The translations under genes and the position numbers were made by a program. From Eledone cirrhosa (lineage: Eukaryota), in the NCBI GenBank assembly GCA_964016885.1, contig CAXHJY010000264.1, forward strand, positions 496,001 through 560,000: a stretch of DNA of 64,000 bases, written 5' to 3'. The notes beneath the pieces were generated by a model. The model searched no databases. It was not told the DNA's origin and was given only the letters and a program-made list of their open reading frames with translations. The stretch's first letter is position 1; every line of letters starts with the position of its first letter. Shown here in pieces: positions 43,301 to 60,100 of this stretch.

Positions 43301-46300
43301 TCTCTCTCCATCCATACACATCACATGTCTATACCAACACAGTCTCCTCTCCTACACACTACATCTGATTCCTCTTATTCCATACACATCACATGTCTAT
43401 ACCAACGCAGTCTCCTCTCCTACACACTACATCTGGTTCCTCTTATACCTAGTTTCTCCCTCAGTTCATCCATACACATCACATGTCTATACCAACACAG
43501 TCTCCTCTCCTACAAGTGATTCCTCTTATACGTAGTTTCTCTCTCCATCCATACACATCACATGTCTATACCAACACAGTCTCTTCTCCTACACACTACA
43601 TCTGATTCCTCTTATACCTAGTCTCTCTCTCAGTTCATCCATACACATTACATGTCTATACCAACACAGTCTTCTATCCTACACACTACATCTGATTCCT
43701 CTTATACCAAGTTTCTCTCTCCATCCATACACATCACATGTTTATACCAACACAGTCTCCTCTCCTACACACTACATCTGATTCCTCTTATACCTAGTTT
43801 CTCTCTCAGTCCATCCATACACATCACATGTCTATACAAACACAGTCTCCTCTCCTACACACTACATCTGATTCCTCTTATACTTAGTTTTTCTCCCAGT
43901 TCATCCATACACATCACATGTCTATACCAACACAGTCTCCTCTCCTACACACTACATCTGATACCTCTTATACCTAGTTTCTCTCTCCATCCATACACAT
44001 CACATGTCTATACCAACGCAGTCTCCTCTCCTACACACTACATCTGGTTCCTCTTATACCTAGTTTCTCCCTCAGTTCATCCATACACATCACATGTCTA
44101 TACCAACACAGTCTCCTCTCCTACAAGTGATTCCTCTTATACGTAGTTTCTCTCTCCATCCATACACATCACATGTCTATACCAACACAGTCTCCTCTCC
44201 TACACACTGCATCTGATTCCTCTTATACTTAGTTTTCTCCCAGTTCATCCATACACATCACATGTCTATACCAACAGTCTCCTCTCCTACACACTACATC
44301 TGATTCCTCTTATACCTAGTTTCTCTCTACATCCATACACATCACATGTCTATACCAACACAGTCTCCTCTCCTACACCCTACATCTGATTCCTCTTATA
44401 ACTAGTTTCTCTCTCAGTTCATCCATACACATCACGTGTATATACCAATACAGTCTCCTCTCCTACACACTACATCTGATTCCTCTTATACCTAGTCTCT
44501 CTCTCAGTTCATCCATACACATCACATGTCTATACCAACACAGTCTTCTCTCCTACACACTACATATGATTCCTCTTATACCTAGTTTCTCTCTCCATCC
44601 ATACACATCACATGTCTATACGAGCACAGTCTCCTCTCCTACACACTACATCTGATTCCTCTTATACCTAGTTTCTCTCTCCATCCATACACATCACATG
44701 TCTATACCAACACAGTCTCCTCTCCTACATCTGATTCCTCTTATACCTAGTTTCTCTCTCAGTCCATCCATACACATAACATGTCTATACCAGCAGTCTC
44801 CTCTCCTACACACTACATGTGATTCCTCTTATACCTAGTTTCTCTCTCCATCCATACACATCACATGTCTATACCAACACAGTCTCCTCTCCTACACACT
44901 ACATCTGATTCCTCTTATACCTAGTTTCTCTCTCAGTCCATCCATACACATCACATGTCTATACAAACACAGTCTCCTCTCCTACACACTACATACGATT
45001 CCTCTTATACCTAGTTTCTCTCTCCATCCATACACATCACATGTCTATACCAACGCAGTCTCCTCTCCTACACACTACATCTGATTCCTCTTATACCTAG
45101 TTTCTCTCTCAGTTCATCCATACACATCACATGTCTATACCAACACAGTCTCCTCTCCTACATTTGATTCCTCTTATACCTACTTTCTCTCTCAGTCCAT
45201 CCATACACATCACATGTCTATACCAACACAGTCTCCTCTCCTACACACTACATCTGATTCCTCTTATACCTAGTTTCTCTCTCCATCCATACACATCACA
45301 TGTCTATACCAATACAGTCTCCTCTCCTACACACTACATCTGATTCCTTTTATACCTAGTTTCTCTCAGTTCATCCATACACATCACATGACTATACCAA
45401 CAGTCTCCTCTCATACACACTACATCTGACACATCTTATACCTAGTTTCTCTCTCCATCCATACACATCACATGACTATACCAACAGTCTCCTCTCATAC
45501 ACACTACATCTGATTCCTCTTATACCTAGTTTCTCTCCCAGTTCATCCATACACATCACATGTCTATACCAACACTGTGTCCTCTCCTACACACTACATC
45601 TGATTCCTCTTATACCTAGTTTCTCTCTCTCTCCATCCATACACATCACATGTCTATAGCAACAGTCTTCTCTCCTACACACTACATCTGATTCCTCTTA
45701 TACCTAGTTTCTCTCTCAGTTCATCCATACACATCACATGTCTATACCAACATAGTCTCCTCTCCTACTAACTACATGTGATTCCTCTTATACCTAGTTT
45801 CTCTCTCAGTTCATCCATACACATCATATGTCTATACCAACACAGTATCCTCTCCTACACACTACATCTGATTCCTCTTATACCTAGTTTCTCTCTCCAT
45901 CCATACACATCACATGTCTATACCAACACAGTCTCCTCTCCTACACACTACATCTGATTCCTATTATACCTAGTTTCTCTCTCAGTCCATCCATACACAT
46001 CACATGTCTATACCAACACAGTCTCCTCTCCTACACATTACATCTGATTCCTCTTATACATAGTTTCTCTCTTAGTTCATTCATACACTTCACATGTCTA
46101 TACCAACACAGTCTCCTCTCCTACATCTGATTCCTCTTATACCTAGTTTCTCTCTCAGTTCATTCATACACATCACATATCTATACCAACACAGTCTCCT
46201 CTCCTACACACTACATCTGATTTCTCTTATACTTAGTTTCTTTCCCAGTTCATCCATACACATCACATGTCTATACCAACACTGTGTCCTCTCCTACACA

Positions 46301-47100
46301 CTACATCTGATTCCTCTTATACCTAGTCTCTCTCTCAGTTCATCCATACACATTACATGTCTATACCAACACAGTCTTCTATCCTACACACTACATCTGA
46401 TTCCTCTTATACCTAGTTTCTCTCTCCATCCATACACATCACATGTCTATACCAACACAGTCTCCTCTCCTACACACTACATCTGATTTCTCTTATACTT
46501 AGTTTCTTTCCCAGTTCATCCATACACATCACATGTCTATACCAATACGGTCTGCTCTCCTACACATTACATCTGATTCCTCTTATACCTAGTTTCTCTC
46601 CCAGTTCATCCATGCACATCACATGTCTATACCAACACTGTGTCCTCTCCTACACACTACATCTGATTCCTCTTATACCTAGTCTCGCTCTCAGTTCATC
46701 CATACACATTACATGTCTATACCAACATAGTCTCCTCTCCTACACACTACATCTGATTGCTTTTATACCTAGTTTCTCCCAGTTCATCCATACACATCAC
46801 ATGTCTATACCAACAGTCTCCTCTCCTACACACTACATCTGATACCTCTTATACCTAGTTTCTCTCTCAGTCCATCCATACACATCACATGTCTATACCA
46901 ATACAGTCTCCTCTCCTACCCACTACATCTGATTCCTCTTATACCTAGTTTCTCTCGGTTCATCCATACACATCACATGTTTATACCAACACAGTTTCCT
47001 CTCCTACACACTACATCTGATTCCTCTTATACCTAGTTTCTCTCTCAGTCCACCCATACACATCACATGTCTATACAAACAGTCTCCTCTCATACACACT
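40320..47100 (+). repeat. Dispersed duplication of a ~2-kb monomer block (~40320-42350 and ~45090-47100), offset ~4767 bp
   Basis: ORF pairs 40363/45131 and 41846/46612. Shared markers CACAGTATCC, ACACTTCAC, CGGTCTGCTC, CATGCACATC and GTCTCGCTCT. Confidence 0.8.
42389..44660 (+). repeat. Displaced third copy of the distal ~2.3 kb of the 3977-bp unit
   Basis: ORFs 43325 and 43652 are identical to 38287 and 38614 (offset 5038). The markers CACCTTATTCC, CTACAAGTGA, TTATAACTAG and ATACGAGCAC occur in the same order. Confidence 0.85.
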
Positions 47101-50100
47101 ACATCTGATTCCTCTTATACCTAGTTTCTCTCCCAGTTCATCCATACACATCACATGTCTATAACAACACTGTGTCCTCTCCTACACACTACATCTGATT
47201 CCTCTTATACCTAGTTTCTCTCTCTCTCCATCCATACACATCACATGTCTATAGCAACAGTCTTCTCTCCTACACACTACATCTGATTCCTTTTATACCT
47301 AGTTTCTCTCTCAGTTCATCCATACACATCACATGTCTATACCAACATAGTCTCCTCTCCTACTAACTACATCTGATTCCTCTTATACCTAGTTTCTCTC
47401 TGAGTTCATCCATACACATCATATGTCTATACCAACACAGTCTCCTCTCCTACACACTACATCTGATTCCTCTTATACCTAGTTTCTCTCTCCATCCATA
47501 CACATCACATGTCTATACCAACACAGTCTCCTCTCCTACACATTACATCTGATTCCTCTTATACATAGTTTCTCTCTTAGTTCATTCATGCACATCACAT
47601 GTCTATACCAACACAGTCTCCTCTCCTACATCTGATTCCTCTTATAACTAGTTTCTCTCTCAGTTCATTCATACACATCACATATCTATACCAACACAGT
47701 CTCCTCTCCTACACACTACATCTGATTTCTCTTATACTTAGTTTCTTTGCCAGTTCATCCATACACATCACATGTCTATACCAACACTGTGTCCTCTCCT
47801 ACACACTACATCTGATTCCTCTTATACCTAGTCTCTCTCTCAGTTCATCCATACACATTACATGTCTATACCCAGACAGTCTTCTATCCTACACACTACA
47901 TCTGATTCCTCTTATACCTAGTTTCTCTCTCCATCCATACACATCACATGTCTATACCAACATAGTCTCCTCTCATACACACTACATCTGATTCCTCTTA
48001 TACCTAGTTTCTCTCTCAGTCTATCCATACACATCACATGTCTATACCAATACAGTCTCCTCTCCTACCCACTACATCTGATTCCTCTTATACCTAGTTT
48101 CTCTCGGTTCATCCATACACATCACATGTTTATACCAACACAGTCTCCTCTCCTACACACTACATCTGATTCCTCTTATACCTAGTTTCTCTCTCAGTCC
48201 ATCCATACACATCACATGTCTATACAAACACAGTCTCCTCTCCTACACACTACATCTGATTCCTCTTATACCTAGTTTCTCTCTCAGTTCATCCATACAC
48301 ATCACATGTCTATACCAACACAGTCTCCTCTCCTACATTTGATTCCTCTTATACCTACTTTCTCTCTCAGTCCATCCATACACATCACATGTCTATACCA
48401 ACACAGTCTCCTCTCCTACACACTACATCTGATTCCTCTTATACCTAGTTTCTCTCTCAGTTCATCCATACACATCACATGTCTATACCAATACAGTCTC
48501 CTCTCCTACACACTACATCTGATTCCTCTTATACCTAGTTTCTCTCTCAGTTCATCCATACACATCACATGTCTATACCAATACAGTCTCCTCTCCTACA
48601 CACTACATCTGATTCCTCTTATACCTAGTTTCTCTCTCAGTCCATCCATACACATCACATGTCTATACCAATACAGTCTCCTCTCCTACCCACTACATCT
48701 GATTCCTCTTATACCTAGTTTCTCTCTCGGTTCATCCATACACATCACATGTTTATACCAACACAGTCTCCTCTCCTACACACTACATCTGATTCCTCTT
48801 ATACCTAGTTTCTCTCCCAGTTCATCCATACACATCACATGTCTATACCAACAGTCTCCTCTCCTACACACTACATCTGATACCTCTTATACCTAGTTTC
48901 TCTCTCCATCCATACACATCACATGTCTATACCAACGCAGTCTCCTCTCCTACACACTACATCTGATTCCTCTTATACCTACTTTCTCTCTCAGTTCATC
49001 CATACACATCACATGTCTATACCAATACAGTCTCCTCTCCTACACACTACATCTGATTCCTCTTATACCTAGTCTCTCTCTCAGTTCATCCATACACATC
49101 ACATGTCTATACCAACATAGTCTCCTCTCCTACACACTACATCTGATTCCTCTTATACCTAGTTTCTCTCTCAGTTCATCCATACACATCACATGTCTAT
49201 ACCAACACAGTCTCCTCTCCTACATCTGATTCCTCTTATACCTAGTTTCTCTCTCAGTCCATCCATACACATCACATGTCATCTCCTACACACTACATCT
49301 GATTCCTCTTATACCTAGTTTCTCACTCAGTCCATCCATACACATCACATGTCTATACCAATACAGTCTCCTCTCCTACCCACTACATCTGATTCCTCTT
49401 ATACCTAATCTCTCTCTTAGTTCAACCATTCACATCACATGTCTATACAACACAGTCTCCTCTCCTACATCTGATTCCTCTTATACCTAGTTTCTCTCTC
49501 AGTTCATCCATACACATCACATGTCTATACCAACACAGTCTCCTTTCCTACACACTACACCTGATTTCTCTTATACTTCGTTTCTTTCCCAGTCCATCCA
49601 TACACATCACATGTCTATACCAATACAGTCTCCTCTCCTACCCACTACATCTGATTCCTCTTATACCTAGTTTCTCTCTCGGTTCATCCATACACGTCAC
49701 ATGTTTATACCAACACAGTCTCCTCCCCTACACACTACATCTGATTCCTCTTATACCTAGTTTCTCTCTCCATCCATACACATCACATGTCTATACCAAC
49801 GCAGTCTCCTCTCCTACACACTACATCTGATTCCTCTTATACCTAGTTTCTCTCTCAGTTCATCCATACACATCACATGTCTATACCAACACAGTCTCCT
49901 CTCCTACATTTGATTCCTCTTATACCTACTTTCTCTCTCAGTCCATCCATACACATCACATATCTATACCAGCAGTCTCCTCTCCTACACACTACAAGTG
50001 ATTCCCCTTATACGTAGTTTCTCTCTCCATCCATACACATCACATGTCTATACCAACACAGTCTCCTCTCCTACACACTACATCTGATTCCTCTTTTTCC

Positions 50101-53100
50101 ATACACATCACATGTCTATACCAACACAGTCTCCTCTCCTACACACTGCATCTGATTCCTCTTATACTTAGTTTTCTCCCAGTTCATCCATACACATCAC
50201 ATGTCTATACCAACAGTCACCTCTCCTACACACTACATCTGATTCCTCTTATACCTAGTTTCTCTCTACATCCATACACATCACATGTCTATACCAACAC
50301 AGTCTCCTCTCCTACACACTACATCTGATTCCTCTTATACCTAGTTTCTCTCCCAGTTCATCCATACACATTACATGTCTATACCAACACAGTCTCCTCT
50401 CCTACACAATACATCTGATTCCTCTTATACCTAGTTTCTCTCCCAGTTCATCCATACACATCACATGTCTATACCAACAGTCTCCTCTCCTACACACTAC
50501 ATCTGATTCCTCTTATACCTAGTTTCTCTCCCAGTTCATCCATACACATTACATGTCTATACCAACACAGTCTCCTCTCCTACACACTACATCTGATTCC
50601 TCTTATACCTAGTTTCTCTCCCAGTTCATCCATAAACATCACATGTTTATACCAACAGTCTCCTCTCCTACACACTACATCTGATTCCTCTTATACCTAG
50701 TTTCTCTCTCAGTCCATCCATACACATCACAGGTCTATACCAACACAGTCTCCTCTCCTACACACTACATCTGATTCCTCTTATACCTAGTTTCTCTCTC
50801 AGTTCATCCATACACATCACATGTCTATACCAACAGTCTCCTCTCCTACACACTACATCTGATTCCTCTTATACCTAGTTTCTCTCTCATTTCATCCATA
50901 CACATCACATGTTTATACCAGCACAGTCTCCTCTCCTACACACTACATCTGATTCCTCTTATACCTAGTCTCTCTCTCAGTTCATCCATACACATCACAT
51001 GTCTGTACCAACACAGTCTCCTCTCATACACACTACATTTGAATCCTCTTATACCTTGTTTCTCTCTTAGTTCAACCATACGCATCACATGTCTATACCA
51101 ACAGTCTCCTCTCCTACACATTACATCTGATTCCTCTTATACCTAATCTCTCTCTTAGTTCAACCATTCACATCACATGTCTATACCAACACAGTCTCCT
51201 CTCTTACATCTGATTCCTCTTATACCTAGTTTCTCTCTCAGTTCATCCATACACATCACATGTCTATACCAACACAGTCTCCTCTCCTACACACTACACC
51301 TGATTCCTCTTATACCTAGTTTCTCTCTCAGTCCATCCATAGACATCACATGTCTATACAAACACAGTCTCCTCTCCTACACACTACATCTGATTCCCCT
51401 TATACCTAGTTTCTCTCTCCATCCATACACATCACATGTCTATACCAACGCAGTTTCCTCTCCTACACACTACATCTGATTCCTCTTATACCTAGTTTCT
51501 CTCTCAGTTCATCCATACACATCACATGTCTATACCAACACAGTCTCCTCTCCTACATTTGATTCCTCTTATACCTACTTTCTCTCTCAGTCCATCCATA
51601 CACATCACATATCTATACCAGCAGTCTCCTCTCCTACACACTACAAGTGATTCCTCTTATACGTAGTTTCTCTCTCCATCCATACACATCACATGTCTAT
51701 ACCAACACAGTCTCCTCTCCTACACACTACATCTGATACCTCTTATTCCATACACATCACATGTCTATACCAACACAGTCTCTTCTCCTACACACTGCAT
51801 CTGATTCCTCTTATAGTTAGTTTTCTCCCAGTTCATCCATACACATCACATGTCTATACCAACAGTCTCCTCTCCTACACACTACATCTGATTCCTCTTA
51901 TACCTAGTTTCTCTCCCAGTTCATCCATACACATCACATGTCTATACCAATACAGTCTCCTCTCCTACACACTACATCTGATTCCTCTTATACCTAGTCT
52001 CTCTTTCAGTTCATCCATACACATCACATGTCTATAGCAACACAGTCTTCTCTCCTACACACTACATATGATTCCTCTTATACCTAGTTTCTCTCTCCAT
52101 CCATACACATCACATGTCTATACCAGCACAGTCTCCTCTCCTACACACTACATCTGATTCCTCTGATACCTAGTTTCTCTCTCCATCCATACACATCACA
52201 TGTCTATACCAACAGTCTCCTCTCCTACACACTACATCTGATTCCTCTTATACCTAGTTTCTCTCTCCATCCATACACATCACATGTCTATACCAACAGT
52301 CTCCTCTCCTACACACTACATCTGATTCCTCTTATACTTAGTTTTTCTCCCAGTTCATCCATACACATCACATGTCTATACCAACAGTCTCCTCTCCTAC
52401 ACACTACATCTGATACCTCTTATACCTAGTTTCTCTCTCCATCCATACACATCACATGTCTATACCAACGCAGTCTCCTCTCCTACACACTACATCTGAT
52501 TCCTCTTATACCTAGTTTCTCTCTCAGTTCATCCATACACATCACATGTCTATACCAATACAGTCTCCTCTCCTACACACTACATCTGATTCCTCTTATA
52601 CCTAGTTTCTCTCTCAGTCCATCCATACACATCACATGTCTATACCAATACAGTCTCCTCTCCTACCCACTACATCTGATTCCTCTTATACCTAGTTTCT
52701 CTCTCGGTTCATCCATACACATGACATGTTTATACCAACACAGTCTCCTCTCCTACACACTACATCTGATTCCTCTTATACCTAGTTTCTCTCCCAGTTC
52801 ATCCATACACATCACATGTCTATACCAACAGTCTCCTCTCCTACACACTACATCTGATACCTCTTATACCTAGTTTCTCTCTCCATCCATACACATCACA
52901 TGTCTATACCAACGCAGTCTCCTCTCCTACACACTACATCTGATTCCTCTTATACCTAGTTTCTCTCTCAGTTCATCCATACACATCACATGTCTATACC
53001 AATACAGTCTCCTCTCCTACACACTACATCTGATTCCTCTTATACCTAGTCTCTCTCTCAGTTCATCCATACACATCACATGTCTATACCAACATAGTCT

Positions 53101-54134
53101 CCTCTCCTACACACTACATCTGATTCCTCTTATACCTAGTTTCTCTCTCAGTTCATCCATACACATCACATGTCTATACCAACACAGTCTCCTCTCCTAC
53201 ATCTGATTCCTCTTATACCTAGTTTCTCTCTCAGTCCATCCATACACATCACATGTCTATACCAGCAGTCTCCTCTCCTACACACTACATGTGATTCCTC
53301 TTATACCTAGTTTCTCTCTCCATCCATACACATCACATGTCATCTCCTACACACTACATCTGATTCCTCTTATACCTAGTTTCTCACTCAGTCCATCCAT
53401 ACACATCACATGTCTATACCAATACAGTCTCCTCTCCTACCCACTACATCTGATTCCTCTTATACCTAATCTCTCTCTTAGTTCAACCATTCACATCACA
53501 TGTCTATACCAACACAGTCTCCTCTCCTACACACTGCATCTGATTCCTCTTATACTTAGTTTTCTCCCAGTTCATCCATACACATCACATGTCTATACCA
53601 ACAGTCTCCTCTCCTACACACTACATCTGATTCCTCTTATACCTAGTTTCTCTCTACATCCATACACATCACATGTCTATACCAACACAGTCTCCTCTCC
53701 TACACACTACATCTGATTCCTCTTATACCTAGTTTCTCTCCCAGTTCATCCATACACATTACATGTCTATACCAACACAGTCTCCTCTCCTACACAATAC
53801 ATCTGATTCCTCTTATACCTAGTTTCTCTCCCAGTTCATCCATACACATCACATGTCTATACCAACAGTCTCCTCTCCTACACACTACATCTGATTCCTC
53901 TTATACCTAGTTTCTCTCCCAGTTCATCCATACACATTACATGTCTATACCAACACAGTCTCCTCTCCTACACACTACATCTGATTCCTCTTATACCTAG
54001 TTTCTCTCCCAGTTCATCCATAAACATCACATGTTTATACCAACAGTCTCCTCTCCTACACACTACATCTGATTCCTCTTATACCTAGTTTCTCTCTCAG
54101 TCCATCCATACACATCACAGGTCTATACCAACAC

Positions 54135-57100
54135 AGTCTCCTCTCCTACACACTACATCTGATTCCTCTTATACCTAGTTTCTCTCTCAGTTCATCCATA
54201 CACATCACATGTCTATACCAACAGTCTCCTCTCCTACACACTACATCTGATTCCTCTTATACCTAGTTTCTCTCTCATTTCATCCATACACATCACATGT
54301 TTATACCAGCACAGTCTCCTCTCCTACACACTACATCTGATTCCTCTTATACCTAGTCTCTCTCTCAGTTCATCCATACACATCACATGTCTGTACCAAC
54401 ACAGTCTCCTCTCATACACACTACATTTGAATCCTCTTATACCTTGTTTCTCTCTTAGTTCAACCATACGCATCACATGTCTATACCAACAGTCTCCTCT
54501 CCTACACATTACATCTGATTCCTCTTATACCTAATCTCTCTCTTAGTTCAACCATTCACATCACATGTCTATACCAACACAGTCTCCTCTCCTACATCTG
54601 ATTCCTCTTATACCTAGTTTCTCTCTCAGTTCATCCATACACATCACATGTCTATACCAACACAGTCTCCTCTCCTACACACTACACCTGATTTCTCTTA
54701 TACTTCGTTTCTTTCCCAGTTCATCCATACACATCACATGTCTATACCAACGCAGTCTCCTCTCCTACACACTACATCTGATTCCTCTTATACCTAGTTT
54801 CTCTCTCAGTTCATCCATACACATCACATGTCTATACCAACACAGTCTCCTCTCCTACATTTGATTCCTCTTATACCTACTTTCTCTCTCAGTCCATCCA
54901 TACACATCACATATCTATACCAGCAGTCTCCTCTCCTACACACTACAAGTGATTCCTCTTATACGTAGTTTCTCTCTCCATCCATACACATCACATGTCT
55001 ATACCAACACAGTCTCCTCTCCTACACACTACATCTGATACCTCTTATTCCATACACATCACATGTCTATACCAACACAGTCTCTTCTCCTACACACTGC
55101 ATCTGATTCCTCTTATAGTTAGTTTTCTCCCAGTTCATCCATACACATCACATGTCTATACCAACAGTCTCCTCTCCTACACACTACATCTGATTCCTCT
55201 TATACCTAGTTTCTCTCCCAGTTCATCCATACACATTACATGTCTATACCAACACAGTCTCCTCTCCTACACACTACATCTGATTCCTCTTATACCTAGT
55301 TTCTCTCCCAGTTCATCCATACACATCACATGTCTATACCAATACAGTCTCCTCTCCTACACACTACATCTGATTCCTCTTATACCTAGTCTCTCTCTCA
55401 GTTCATCCATACACATCACATGTCTATAGCAACACAGTCTTCTCTCCTACACACTACATATGATTCCTCTTATACCTAGTTTCTCTCTCCATCCATACAC
55501 ATCACATGTCTATACCAGCACAGTCTCCTCTCCTACACACTACATCTGATTCCTCTGATACCTAGTTTCTCTCTCCATCCATACACATCACATGTCTATA
55601 CCAACAGTCTCCTCTCCTACACACTACATCTGATTCCTCTTATACCTAGTTTCTCTCTCCATCCATACACATCACATGTCTATACCAACAGTCTCCTCTC
55701 CTACACACTACATCTGATTCCTCTTATACTTAGTTTTTCTCCCAGTTTATCCATACACATCACATGTCTATACCAACAGTCTCCTCTCCTACACACTACA
55801 TCTGATACCTCTTATACCTAGTTTCTCTCTCCATCCATACACATCACATGTCTATACCAACGCAGTCTCCTCTCCTACACACTACATCTGATTCCTCTTA
55901 TACCTAGTCTCTCTCTCAGTTCATCCATACACATCACATGTCTATACCAACATAGTCTCCTCTCCTACACACTACATCTGATTCCTTTTATACCTAGTTT
56001 CTCTCTCAGTTCATCCATACACATCACATGTCTATACCAGTACAGTCTCCTCTCCTACATCTGATTCCTCTTATACCTAGTTTCTCTGTCAGTCCATCCA
56101 TACACATCACATGTCTATACCAGCAGTCTCCTCTCCTACACACTACATCTGATTCCTCTTATACCTAGTTTCTCTCTCCATCCATACACATCACATGTCA
56201 TCTCCTACACACTACATCTGATTCCTCTTATGCCTAGTTTCTCTCTCAGTTCATCCATACACATCACATGTCTATACCAATACAGTCTCCTCTCCTACAC
56301 ACTACATCTGATTCCTCTTATACCTAGTTTCTCTCTCAGTCCATCCATACACATCACATGTCTATACCAACACAGTCTCCTCTCCTACATCTGATTCCTC
56401 TTATACCTAGTTTCTCTCTCAGTCCATCCATACATATCACATTTCTATACCAGCAGTCTCCTCTCCTACACACTACATGTGATTCCTCTTATACCTAGTT
56501 TCTCTCTCCATCCATACACATCACATGTCATCTCCTACACACTACATCTGATTCCTCTTATACCTAGTTTCTCTCTCAGTTCATCCATACACATCACATG
56601 TCTATACCAATACAGTCTCCTCTCCTACACACTACATCTGATTCCTCTTATACCTAGTTTCTCTCTCAGTCCATCCATACACATCACATGTCTATACCAA
56701 TACAGTCTCCTCTCCTACCCACTACATCTGATTCCTCTTATACCTAGTTTCTCTCTCGGTTCATCCATACACATCACATGTTTATACCAACACAGTCTCC
56801 TCTCCTACACACTACATCTGATTCCTCTTATACCTAGTTTCTCTCCCAGTTCATCCATACACATCACATGTCTATACCAACAGTCTCCTCTCCTACACAC
56901 TACATCTGATACCTCTTATACCTAGTTTCTCTCTCCATCCATACACATCACATGTCTATACCAACGCAGTCTCCTCTCCTACACACTACATCTGATTCCT
57001 CTTATACCTAGTTTCTCTCTCAGTTCATCCATACACATCACATGTCTATACCAACATAGTCTCCTCTCCTACACACTACATCTGATTCCTCTTATACCTA

Positions 57101-60100
57101 GTTTCTCTCTCAGTTCATCCATACACATCACATGTCTATACCAACACAGTCTCCTCTCCTACATCTGATTCCTCTTATACCTAGTTTCTCTCTCAGTCCA
57201 TCCATACACATCACATGTCTATACCAGCAGTCTCCTCTCCTACACACTACATGTGATTCCTCTTATACCTAGTTTCTCTCTCCATCCATACACATCACAT
57301 GTCATCTCCTACACACTACATCTGATTCCTCTTATACCTAGTTTCTCACTCAGTCCATCCATTCACATCACATGTCTATACCAACACAGTCTCCTCTCCT
57401 ACCCACTACATCTGATTCCTCTTATACCTAATCTCTCTCTTAGTTCAACCATTCACATCACATGTCTATACCAACACAGTCTCCTCTCCTACATCTGATT
57501 CCTCTTATACCTAGTTTCTCTCTCAGTTCATCCATACACATCACATGTCTATACCAACACAGTCTCCTCTCCTACACACTACACCTGATTTCTCTTATAC
57601 TTCGTTTCTTTCCCAGTCCATCCATACACATCACATGTCTATACCAATACAGTCTCCTCTCCTACCCACTACATCTGATTCCTCTTATACCTAGTTTCTC
57701 TCTCGGTTCATCCATACACGTCACATGTTTATACCAACACAGTCTCCTCCCCTACACACTACATCTGATTCCTCTTATACCTAGTTTCTCTCTCCATCCA
57801 TACACATCACATGTCTATACCAACGCAGTCTCCTCTCCTACACACTACATCTGATTCCTCTTATTCCATACACATCATATGTCTATACCAACACAGTCTC
57901 CTCTCCTACACACTGCATCTGATTCCTCTTATACTTAGTTTTCTCCCAGTTCATCCATACACATCACATGTCTATACCAACAGTCTCCTCTCCTACACAC
58001 TACATCTGATTCCTCTTATACCTAGTTTCTCTCTACATCCATACACATCACATGTCTATACCAACACAGTCTCCTCTCCTACACACTACATCTGATTCCT
58101 CTTATACCTAGTTTCTCTCCCAGTTCATCCATACACATTACATGTCTATACCAACACAGTCTCCTCTCCTACACAATACATCTGATTCCTCTTATACCTA
58201 GTTTCTCTCTCAGTTCATCCATACACATCACATGTCTATACCAACAGTCTCCTCTCCTACACACTACATCTGATTCCTCTTATACCTAGTTTCTCTCTCA
58301 TTTCATCCATACACATCACATGTTTATACCAGCACAGTCTCCTCTCCTACACACTACATCTGATTCCTCTTATACCTAGTCTCTCTCTCAGTTCATCCAT
58401 ACACATCACATGTCTGTACCAACACAGTCTCCTCTCATACACACTACATTTGAATCCTCTTATACCTTGTTTCTCTCTTAGTTCAACCATACGCATCACA
58501 TGTCTATACCAACAGTCTCCTCTCCTACACATTACATCTGATTCCTCTTATACCTAATCTCTCTCTTAGTTCAACCATTCACATCACATGTCTATACCAA
58601 CACAGTCTCCTCTCCTACATCTGATTCCTCTTATACCTAGTTTCTCTCTCAGTTCATCCATACACATCACATGTCTATACCAACACAGTCTCCTCTCCTA
58701 CACACTACACCTGATTTCTCTTATACTTCGTTTCTTTCCCAGTTCATCCATACACATCACATGTCCATACAAACACAGTCTCCTCTCCTACACACTACAT
58801 CTGATTCCTCTTATACCTAGTTTCTCTCTCAGTCCATCCATAGACATCACATGTCTATACAAACACAGTCTCCTCTCCTACACACTACATCTGATTCCCC
58901 TTATACCTAGTTTCTCTCTCCATCCATACACATCACATGTCTATACCAACGCAGTCTCCTCTCCTACACACTACATCTGATTCCTCTTATACCTAGTTTC
59001 TCTCTCAGTTCATCCATACACATCACATGTCTATACCAACACAGTCTCCTCTCCTACATTTGATTCCTCTTATACCTACTTTCTCTCTCAGTCCATCCAT
59101 ACACATCACATATCTATACCAGCAGTCTCCTCTCCTACACACTACAAGTGATTCCTCTTATACGTAGTTTCTCTCTCCATCCATACACATCACATGTCTA
59201 TACCAACACAGTCTCCTCTCCTACACACTACATCTGATACCTCTTATTCCATACACATCACATGTCTATACCAACACAGTCTCCTCTCCTACACACTGCA
59301 TCTGATTCCTCTTATAGTTAGTTTTCTCCCAGTTCATCCATACACATCACATGTCTATACCAACAGTCTCCTCTCCTACACACTACATCTGATTCCTCTT
59401 ATACCTAGTTTCTCTCTCAGTTCATCCATACACATCACATGTCTATACCAACAGTCTCCTCTCCTACACACTACATCTGATTCCTCTTATACCTAGTTTC
59501 TCTCTCATTTCATCCATACACATCACATGTTTATACCAGCACAGTCTCCTCTCCTACACACTACATCTGATTCCTCTTATACCTAGTCTCTCTCTCAGTT
59601 CATCCATACACATCACATGTCTGTACCAACACAGTCTCCTCTCATACACACTACATTTGAATCCTCTTATACCTTGTTTCTCTCTTAGTTCAACCATACG
59701 CATCACATGTCTATACCAACAGTCTCCTCTCCTACACATTACATCTGATTCCTCTTATACCTAATCTCTCTCTTAGTTCAACCATTCACATCACATGTCT
59801 ATACCAACACAGTCTCCTCTCCTACATCTGATTCCTCTTATACCTAGTTTCTCTCTCAGTTCATCCATACACATCACATGTCTATACCAACACAGTCTCC
59901 TCTCCTACACACTACACCTGATTTCTCTTATACTTCGTTTCTTTCCCAGTTCATCCATACACATCACATGTCTATACCAACGCAGTCTCCTCTCCTACAC
60001 ACTACATCTGATTCCTCTTATACCTAGTTTCTCTCTCAGTTCATCCATACACATCACATGTCTATACCAACACAGTCTCCTCTCCTACATTTGATTCCTC